Below are positions 55,968 to 64,000 of a DNA stretch of 64,000 nt, piece by piece (position 1 is the stretch's first letter; every line of letters starts with the position of its first letter). The notes beneath the pieces are model-generated. The model saw only the letters and a program-made list of their open reading frames with translations, was not told the DNA's origin and searched no databases. The DNA is taken from NCBI GenBank assembly GCA_004764695.1, contig SMSO01000014.1, positions 3,777,648 through 3,841,647 on the forward strand, read 5' to 3'. A program made the translations under genes and the position numbers. This DNA comes from Schizochytrium sp. TIO01 (Eukaryota > Protista > Bigyra: Labyrinthulomycetes).

Positions 55968-57845
55968 TCAAGTATGGGACAGGTAAGATTCCGAGTGCCG
56001 CGAGTTGGGAGTATGCGGTGAGTGATTTGAGGGATCAATGACGCTTGCACGACTATGAGACACACCCGAGTGAGGCGAAGGTGCTGAATCCGGATCGCGA
56101 ATAAGCATTGGTCTGAGGAAACGATTTTCAAAGCGCTCCCAACGGGTTGCGACACCCACAGTTTCGGCTGTACCCTTTTCCTCCATGTCATCCCCATCCT
56201 CTAATTCGAAGGATGTTGCAGGCGGTCGAGTAGCCGGGGTAGTGCTTTGGAGTTGGCTCGCCGCGTGCCCAAACGGGTTTTCATTCCCCAAATAATCATC
56301 TTCAAGGCTATCAAAGCTCGCTCTTGAGTTGCTACGAGACAGATCCGTAAGCTCGACTTCAGTGAGGCCATGCTCATCAGTACCTTCAACAATCACCATG
56401 GACGGGTCAATGCGAGCAACATCACGGTGCGCCTCTGAAATGAGTTTGTGCTCCTCGTCGTAAGGAGAAGGAATAGGGGAGCGAGCCGCGCGGTCAACGA
56501 GACCAAAGCGAGTTGACAAACATCTTGTGCTACCACCAAAGAAGAACACTGTAATGAAAATAATAATTGTGGTGGCAGCCTCAAACACCTGACCAGTGGA
56601 CTCCTTGGTGAGCATGTTAGAGGAGGATGCAGCAAGAGCGAATGCCATGCCTCCTCGCAAGCCGGACCACCAGAGCATGAAAATTTCGCTGCAAGAAATC
56701 CGAAGTGCACGCTTGCGCCCGATGTTACCTAAGATACAGAGTGGGACAACACTAGCAAAACGAGCCACCATGCACGCAAACATCCCAGCAAATCCAAACG
56801 CGACAGAGCCCCGACTCCAGTTTGCATCACCTGTGAAAATGGCCATTCCAAGATAAATGAAAACAAAGGTTTCCGCCATGTGAGCGAGGATGTGGAAGAC
56901 TTCTGAAATAAACTTTGAGGCATCGACAGACAAGTTGTGGCGTGTGAAAGACCCCATGATGATGGCAGTGAAGAGCATGCTTACGATACCCGATATGTTC
57001 ACGCCCTGCGCCAATGTATAGGAAAGGTAAGGTAGCGTGATGGCAACTGTGCACTCGAGCTCACGCAGGTTGACATCCCAGAGGCGGAGCCACTTGAAAA
57101 GAATAGCGCTACCAATGCCCATAGCAATGCCCATGAGGGCAGATCCAAAAAGATTGATGATGAAGTCAGTGACAGCGTCCATTACGGGCTGCGGACTGGT
57201 AGAATCAAGAACGTTATTCTCAAAGAGGACCAGGGTACGGTAGAGCACGATTGCGACAGCATCGTTTAGGACGCTCTCTCCGAAAACGAGAATGTGCAAG
57301 CCAGGTTTGACGCCAATGCTTTGGAAAACAGCAATCACTGTAACAGGATCTGTGGCGGAAATGATGGCGCCAAAAACAAGACACTCAATCCAACTGGCAG
57401 TGTAGATGGCATTGCTGCTGTAGGACGAGAGCGAAAACATAATGCCGCCCACAACGAAGGAGGAAATGAGCGTGCCAAAGATTGCGAGTGCAAGAATAAG
57501 GAAAAAGTTGCCAATGAACATGTCACGGCGAATAGTAAATCCAGATTCGAAGATAATGGGCGGGAGCAAGACGATGAAGAAAAGGTTCTCGTCAAACTCC
57601 GTCAGCTTCTCAACAGCTGAGATCATGCCAACATGATCGATCGTGCGAATTAATCCACCTATTACCATGCCCAGCATCAACAGCAGGCCAGCCTCAGGAA
57701 CAACTGATTGTTGCAATTTACGGGACACATAGAGCAAGAGTTGCGAGAACAACAGCGTCGCTATGAAAACTAGCAGCGCCAAGAACTCGATCTCCTCTGT
57801 CTTTTCCTCCTCCGTAATGGAGGTTGTGTTAGGGGCCCGCTCCAT
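55968..57845 (-). CDS. Na+/H+ exchanger (CPA1 family, intracellular NHE8/NHX-like)
   Basis: FFIVLLPPIIFESG, FGAIISATDPVTVIAVF, LVFGESVLNDAVAIVL, AETFVFIYLG, WWSGLRGGMAFALA; ~12 TM segments and a cytoplasmic tail. Confidence 0.95.
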   Translation of the reverse strand: MERAPNTTSITEEEKTEEIEFLALLVFIATLLFSQLLLYVSRKLQQSVVPEAGLLLMLGMVIGGLIRTIDHVGMISAVEKLTEFDENLFFIVLLPPIIFESGFTIRRDMFIGNFFLILALAIFGTLISSFVVGGIMFSLSSYSSNAIYTASWIECLVFGAIISATDPVTVIAVFQSIGVKPGLHILVFGESVLNDAVAIVLYRTLVLFENNVLDSTSPQPVMDAVTDFIINLFGSALMGIAMGIGSAILFKWLRLWDVNLRELECTVAITLPYLSYTLAQGVNISGIVSMLFTAIIMGSFTRHNLSVDASKFISEVFHILAHMAETFVFIYLGMAIFTGDANWSRGSVAFGFAGMFACMVARFASVVPLCILGNIGRKRALRISCSEIFMLWWSGLRGGMAFALAASSSNMLTKESTGQVFEAATTIIIFITVFFFGGSTRCLSTRFGLVDRAARSPIPSPYDEEHKLISEAHRDVARIDPSMVIVEGTDEHGLTEVELTDLSRSNSRASFDSLEDDYLGNENPFGHAASQLQSTTPATRPPATSFELEDGDDMEEKGTAETVGVATRWERFENRFLRPMLIRDPDSAPSPHSGVSHSRASVIDPSNHSPHTPNSRHSESYLSHT

Positions 57846-59777
57846 ATTGCCAACTCAAGTAAGATCAACAAACCCCTCGCAGGCCGCAGCGCCTACCAAC
57901 GCCGCTCTGAGACCAAACGAGGTCGGTTTGCTGCCGCCGAGTCGGCTTCAAACTGATATTCTAATACAACCAAATCATTGAAAGAGAAGGCAAGTGTGAG
58001 TGAGAAAACTTTGAAAGCAAATTTTTATTCTTAAAATAAAACAAAGCTAAAGCAAAAAAAATAGACCTCGTAACAGAAAACAAGTTTAACATGAGGAACG
58101 CCAATTACGTACTCATTTATTCATCTATCCATCCGATACTCTACTCGAGGTCGTTTTTTAAACTTAGGGACTTCTACTTCTCGAAGAAGCAGACATTTCT
58201 ACTTTACTCTAAAGTGATAGCAAACGCAAACTTGAAGGTACAGCCAATAAGTTGCTTCTCTCTCACACGTGCATTGGAGTTCGCCCTAAATTATTTTGTA
58301 CAGGGTCGAGTTGTTCTGTTCTCTATAAAGACGGAACGCTTGGTCTCGTCTGGGGGTCAATCATTCAATTTTAGGACGTCATCTTGGGCTGCTGCTACTA
58401 CGAACTGCAGAGCATATGACAAGGCTGTAGTCGAGGATGCGATACCATCCACCTGGGACGATAGATTAGGGAGAATGAAAGGAACAAAACAAAGCTACCC
58501 GACTCGGCCAATCTGGGATTTACAAGCCACCCTGTTTCACACAAAACAAATCAAAAGCAAGACAACAATAATGGCGCAGGAATGCTTTATATTTTAATTT
58601 AATAAAAAAAAGGGGAAAAAAGGCCTATTTCTGATTTAAAGGCGTCAAAAGTCTCGCTGATTAGCGCAGAGTCAGCTTGAGAAGCAAAGATCATTGGTTT
58701 CGCGGGTGAAGTTTTTGGAGGTAGGGTCGAGGGGTAGGTAGGTCAAGGCAAGGGTGAAGATTCTTGAGGATTGAAAAGGAAACAGATTGTTGCAATGTTT
58801 GTGCAGATGCGAAGAAGGAGGTGCCTTCTTAGTGGATCTTGAACAAGCTGGCAAACATGTCACACACCCTGCTCGAGACGATTGTGTGCAAGCAATTCTG
58901 CCAACTATGCCTAGGAGTTGTGAACTTGTGATGATGTACTGCCTTTCTCCCTCTCTCCCTCGTCTGACGCTGTTTTTGCAGCCATGAAAAGTTATAAATG
59001 AGAGCAAGTGACGACCATTGTTGTTTGGAGAAATTAAGATGGTTGAAAATTTGAAGATATGCAGGAAAGCGATGAAAAATATTCAAAGCGAACTTACGAT
59101 GTTTGATGCAATCCCAACAAAATGTCGGGAATTCCTAGTAGTGATGACAGCTTTCTAGAGAGGTACCTACCTACTATTTATTCAAAATGAAAAAGTCGAA
59201 CTGGAAGGTATATTTATATGACATGGTAGCGCAATTTTTGATGAAACGTAGTAGTCAAGACTTCGCTTACAAAACACCATTGCACGCAGCCAAAGAATCA
59301 AATTTATTTCAAAAGTCGAGTATACTTCACTTATTTCCGTGAAAAGAATTAAAAAAAAAAGTCTGTGGCATCCTTTCACAAATATGATTTCGTTCGGTGA
59401 GCGGTATACAGAGAGGCTAAAAGTCTATTGTTCAGAAATAAGCCTTTTAACGTATCTGGCATTCTCTTTTCCAACAAGCCCTGTGCAAAAATCAAATCAA
59501 GACAAGGCCCTAGCTATATAGGATTAGTGAGTGACGAGACAAAAAAAAGATCACTTTGGAAATTTTACGCGTTGGATCAATCAATGTGATAAAAAGAACC
59601 GGGACTAGATAGATGCCAACATAAGGCAGCAATAGTGGTTTGCATATTTGTTTTTCTCCTAAGCCACCGCAATTAAGAAAGCAGAGGAGAGCTGTGGTAT
59701 CCTATACCATGTGTCGGTATATGGTTTGTATGGTTTTGTTAGGATGATACGGACTGGACGAATGTTGTGTGAAACAT

Positions 59778-61595
59778 TTAGCCGAGCCATTCGGAGAAAA
59801 AGTCGTTACCCTTGTCATCGACAATGATGAAGGCAGGGAAGTTTTCGACGCGGATCTTGTGGACGGCCTCCATGCCAAGCTCAGGCATGTCAATGACCTC
59901 GACACTCTTGATGGCCTCCTTGGCAAGAATGGCGGCGGGACCACCAATGGAGCCAAGGTAGAAGCCACCGTGCTTCTTGCAGGCCTCAGTGACCATCTTG
60001 GAACGGTTACCCTTGGCCAACATGATCATGGATCCACCGTTGGCCTGGAAGAGGTTGGTGTAGGGGTCCATGCGGCCAGCAGTGGTGGGACCAAAGCTGC
60101 CACTGGGCATACCCTCGGGGGTCTTGGCGGGACCAGCGTAGTACACAGGGTGCTTGAGCATGTACTCGGGCATACCCTCGCCGTTGTCAAGGCGCTCCTT
60201 GATCTTGGCGTGGGCAATGTCACGAGCCACAATAAGGGTACCGGTGAGGCTCAAGCGGGTCTTAATGGGGTACTGGGAGAGCTCAGCAAGAATGTCCTTC
60301 ATGGGGCGGTCGAGGTTAACCTCCACAGTCTGGGCATCGGCCAAGTGGGAGTCAGTGACATCCGGGAGGAAGCGGGACGGGTTGGTCTCAAGGCGCTCGA
60401 GGAAGACACCATCCTTGGTGATCTTGGCCTTGGCCTGACGATCAGCAGAGCAAGAGACACCAAGACCAACGGGGCAAGAAGCACCGTGGCGGGGAAGGCG
60501 AATGACACGGAAGTCGTGGCAGAAGTACTTTCCACCGACCTGAGCACCAATGCCGAGCTTACGGGTGATGTCCATGATCTGCTGCTCCATTTCGATATCA
60601 CGAAAGGCACGGCCGTACTCGTTACCGGTGGTGGGGAGGTCATCGTAGTAAAGAGCCGAGGCGAGCTTGACGGTCTTGAGGTTCTGCTCCGCAGAGAGAC
60701 CACCAATGACAAGCGCACCCTTGTAGGGGGGGCATGCAGCGGTACCGAGCTGGAGGAGAGAGTTCTTGACGAAGTCCATCATCGACTTGGGGTTCAAGAG
60801 TGCCTTGGTCTGCTGGTACAAGAAGGTCTTGTTGGCTGAGCCACCACCCTTGGCCATGAAGTGAAAGCTGTACTCACTGCCCTTGGTGGCAAAAAGATCA
60901 AACTGCGCGGGGAGGTTGCATGCAGTGTTCTTCTCGGTGTACATGTCGAGGGGAGCGACCTGGCTGTAACGCAGGTTGGTCTTGGTGTAGGTATCGTAGA
61001 TACCGTGGGAGAGGGCCTTCTCGTCCTCACCATCTGTGAACACGTGGTGTCCACGCTTACCCATGACGATGGCAGTACCGGTATCCTGGCACGAAGGCAG
61101 AACCATCTCAGCAGCCACCACAGCGTTCTTGAGGAGCTGGAGCGCTACAAACCTGTCATTGTCAGAAGCCTCGGGGTCGTCAAGAATCTTGCGCAAGTGG
61201 CCGAGGTGGGTGGGGCGCAGAAGGTGCGAGATGTCGTGAAGAGCAGCTGCGGAGAGCAGACGGAGGGCCTCAGGACCCACCTGGAGACCCTCCTCGCCGT
61301 TGGGGAGCGTGAAGGTTTTGACGTGCTCGCTGGCCTCATCGAGGCGGTAGTACGGGGTGTCAACAGGGTTGGCGTGCTCAAAGAGCTCCTGATAGACGAA
61401 GGGAACCGGGGCAGCCTTCTTCTTCATACCGGCCTGAGGCACGGCGTGCGCTCCGGCGTGGTTCTTCATAACGACTCCCTCGAAGGAGCTTGATGAGGAC
61501 GCCAAGCCGCGCATGGACATCATCTTGATCGACGCAGAAGCGCCGCGGGACCGCGGGAGGGCACGGAGGCCCATAGACGCAGCAGCGAGCGTCAT
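59778..61595 (-). CDS. Fumarate hydratase class I (Fe-S dependent), probably mitochondrial
   Basis: [95 protein letters not shown]. The R/S/A-rich N-terminus from ATG 61595 resembles a mitochondrial presequence. Strong codon bias. Confidence 0.97.
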   Translation of the reverse strand: MTLAAASMGLRALPRSRGASASIKMMSMRGLASSSSSFEGVVMKNHAGAHAVPQAGMKKKAAPVPFVYQELFEHANPVDTPYYRLDEASEHVKTFTLPNGEEGLQVGPEALRLLSAAALHDISHLLRPTHLGHLRKILDDPEASDNDRFVALQLLKNAVVAAEMVLPSCQDTGTAIVMGKRGHHVFTDGEDEKALSHGIYDTYTKTNLRYSQVAPLDMYTEKNTACNLPAQFDLFATKGSEYSFHFMAKGGGSANKTFLYQQTKALLNPKSMMDFVKNSLLQLGTAACPPYKGALVIGGLSAEQNLKTVKLASALYYDDLPTTGNEYGRAFRDIEMEQQIMDITRKLGIGAQVGGKYFCHDFRVIRLPRHGASCPVGLGVSCSADRQAKAKITKDGVFLERLETNPSRFLPDVTDSHLADAQTVEVNLDRPMKDILAELSQYPIKTRLSLTGTLIVARDIAHAKIKERLDNGEGMPEYMLKHPVYYAGPAKTPEGMPSGSFGPTTAGRMDPYTNLFQANGGSMIMLAKGNRSKMVTEACKKHGGFYLGSIGGPAAILAKEAIKSVEVIDMPELGMEAVHKIRVENFPAFIIVDDKGNDFFSEWLG

Positions 61596-61737
61596 GGTAG
61601 CAAACACGCGCTGATTCACGCAAACAGTGAAGAGGCAGCGAGAGACGCCAGCGTAGCCGACTTTCTCCCAATCCGAATTTGAATTCCTCTCAACCTCGAA
61701 TTCGCTGCTTTTGCAAATTCAATTTTCAGTCATTCGA

Positions 61738-61762
61738 AATCAATCAATCAATCAATCAATCA
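61738..61762. repeat. (AATC)6 microsatellite upstream of the fumarase gene
   Basis: aatcaatcaatcaatcaatcaatca. Confidence 0.9.
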
Positions 61763-63084
61763 CTTTACTCTTATTTATGCATTTATCCTAAATTAAAACT
61801 TCCTCAAAACGAGACCATAAAGTACCTACCTACACCAAACCATAGTACTACTCAGACGTATCTCTTTCTGTCTTTCTTTTCTTGGCTGCTTCGGACATAG
61901 ATACCTACAAACATTACCAGCTCAACTAGCCAGGGGTACTCCTATCATTATACGTATATACTCCTACTGCCAGGCGAGGTGCTCAAGTCCGAAGCTAATT
62001 CACATTCTTTTGAGGACTTGCGAAGACTGCGGCCTCATATGCTAAACCAGTAGCATACCCTATTAGATTACGAAAGTGCGTAGTAGGTAGTACGCATAGT
62101 GGTGCGCTAAGGGGCCCTGGGGGTTCGGTAAGGGTCGCTAGAGAGCGCTACGAGTGCCGTGGATTTGGTCGTTTAGTTCTATGTCTTATCCTTTCGAGGT
62201 TTTGACGCAGAGCTGTGAAACTAGATTGCATTGCAAAGCACGAGGTACCGAGGCACATGCATGCGTAGGAACAGAAGGAGGGTGAATGAAGGCAGCTTTC
62301 CAGGCCCTGGAGCATTTGTTATGCACGGCAGTGACGATACAGATGGCGGCCATAAACTGCAGCGGAGGAGCGGTTCAAGCTAGCTAAGTCGTTTGCTGTG
62401 CGCGAAGGTGGGGGTGACTGCTATGGCAAAGGGTAGGAGGACACTAGAAACTCTGACTGCGTAATGAGCTTATTGGTAGAATTGGGCAGAAGAGAACGGT
62501 AGGAGTCGATAGGGCGTCAGTAGGGAACGCCTGTGCACAGAAGGACCCGCGCAGGTCCTCTGCAAGACTAAAGTGCGAATCGTACCGGACTGAGCCTACC
62601 CCTGCACGTATATACTGTTATATTCCATGGTTAATGTTAGCAGTGCGCTCGGTCGGGTAATGGAAAGCTATAAGCTATCGTCCGCGAAATACATATTAGG
62701 GGTACTAAAGGACTAAGCTATGGGGGGCAATGTAGAAAACCAAAAAGAGACCTAAATGATAGACCAGATAGGGGCTGAAAGGCGGAAAAGGAACCAAGTT
62801 GAACAACTCTGCTCAAAGTGGTTTCTGTTGACGCAGGGTTAATTTTGTGGAGAGAGATTACTCTGGGAGATACAAATACAGCTAACTTGGAGAGATTGCA
62901 ACACATGGCTACCTAGTCGCACGTTTGATGGACGCAAAGGCATGTGTTATCCTACAACTTTGGACTTTTTGCTTTGGGATAGCAAAGTCAAATCTGGGTA
63001 CTCGGAAAATCGGATGACATTATAAGCGCCACTTGATCAGATAACACGCCTACCAGAAGCAAAACGAATAAGTTATTCTTCAAA

Positions 63085-63149
63085 CCAATAACTAACACCA
63101 ATAACTAACGCCAATAACGAACGCCAATAACGAACACCAATAACTAACG
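63085..63149. repeat. 13-bp minisatellite x5 (CCAATAACTAACR / CCAATAACGAACR)
   Basis: Units at 63085, 63098, 63111, 63124 and 63137. Confidence 0.9.
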
Positions 63150-63607
63150 TTAAGCTGATTGACTCAAAGCTATTCCACATTTCTCTAGCCGCGTGAGGAC
63201 CACCTAAATTGGCATTGGTAGCGGATGTTCCCACACAGATATTGGAGATTGAGACTGCGACCCAAGATATGTATGTGGCTTCAGGCATGGATAAGTCAAA
63301 TGAATCCTCTGATTTGAGGACTTCTAAATGCCATGTCCTGTCCTCTTCACAAGAATACCTTTGGATGCCAAGCTATGACAGTCAGTTTGTATTGTAACAG
63401 CGACTATAGTTTTGCGCTTGACGTGCTACTGGAGCTTTGGTATGCAAGCTTATATATTTCGGCATGCATGGTGGGCTATTTGGATTGACTGTGCCGCAAA
63501 AAGTCCCGTTTTTATTTCTTTGCTTACTCGATATTACTATCATTGAACGATGTACCTGTATTATATGTTGTATGTATGTAAAGGACAGTTTGCTGGTATT
63601 CTGTTGT

Positions 63608-63689
63608 ATTCTGTATAGTACAATATTTGCATTCTGTATAGTACAATATTTGCATTCTGTATAGTATGATATTTGCATTCTGTATAGTA
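63608..63689. repeat. 23-bp minisatellite x3.5 (ATTCTGTATAGTACAATATTTGC)
   Basis: Units at 63608, 63631, 63654 (CA>TG variant) and a partial unit at 63677. Confidence 0.92.
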
Positions 63690-64000
63690 GGTTCAAGAAA
63701 TACTAGGCAATAGAGTGATATGAAAAAACAGAAAACAATAAAAATCGAAGTAGAATATACTTTGGAGCCCTGACGTGAACGCAGAGCGCTTTGGCGAAGT
63801 CAGATAGGTTTCGTGTTGTGGCGGGTACCCTTAAAGCTGCTAAAGCGTCCTCGAGGGTTAGAGGCGCCAGGGCCAGAGGGAAGAGCTGGAAGAGAGACCA
63901 ACGTTTTCTCGTTCGAACGTTCGTTCGTTTGTTCATTCGCTCGTTTTCTCCCACCGCCATCTTCTTCTTATTATTATTTCTTTTGGCTTTTCTCTCACTT

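Noticed and set aside
58091-59521. 168-aa and shorter ORFs between the NHE and fumarase genes
   Set aside because: No recognisable domain or coding-like bias.
59769-61493. Long antisense ORFs (356 aa and 210 aa) opposite the fumarase gene
   Set aside because: These are explained by strong codon bias: the sense gene avoids TTA/CTA/TCA, which removes stops from the codon-aligned antisense frame. No recognisable protein.
63085-63689. 13-bp and 23-bp repeats as CRISPR or telomeric arrays
   Set aside because: They are head-to-tail with no spacers and do not match a telomere motif; ordinary minisatellites.

Overview
Eukaryotic, intron-poor protist DNA. The gene content, single-exon genes, microsatellite-rich intergenic DNA and class I fumarase suggest a thraustochytrid/labyrinthulomycete stramenopile; this is an inference, not a database result. 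The first ~14 kb has no credible protein gene. From 14 to 62 kb there are 13 protein genes. Housekeeping genes: APC7, ATG9, PXMP4, an Na+/H+ exchanger, class I fumarate hydratase and a GT25 glycosyltransferase. Probable flagellar genes: a spliced Dzip-like/C2 protein, a p25-alpha/IQ/TPR protein and an ERICH3-N-like protein. There is also an unknown TPR protein and a small secreted Cys-rich protein. The most striking features are two ion channels with unusual architectures. One is a 2301-aa single ORF joining 11 Tudor-like repeats, ankyrin repeats and a polycystin-2 (TRPP)-type channel. The other is a 6TM voltage-gated K+ channel carrying a ~500-aa receptor-like ectodomain with thrombospondin type-3-like Ca-binding motifs. 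No rRNA, tRNA, CRISPR array or intact mobile element was recognised. All domain calls are by eye from sequence motifs.
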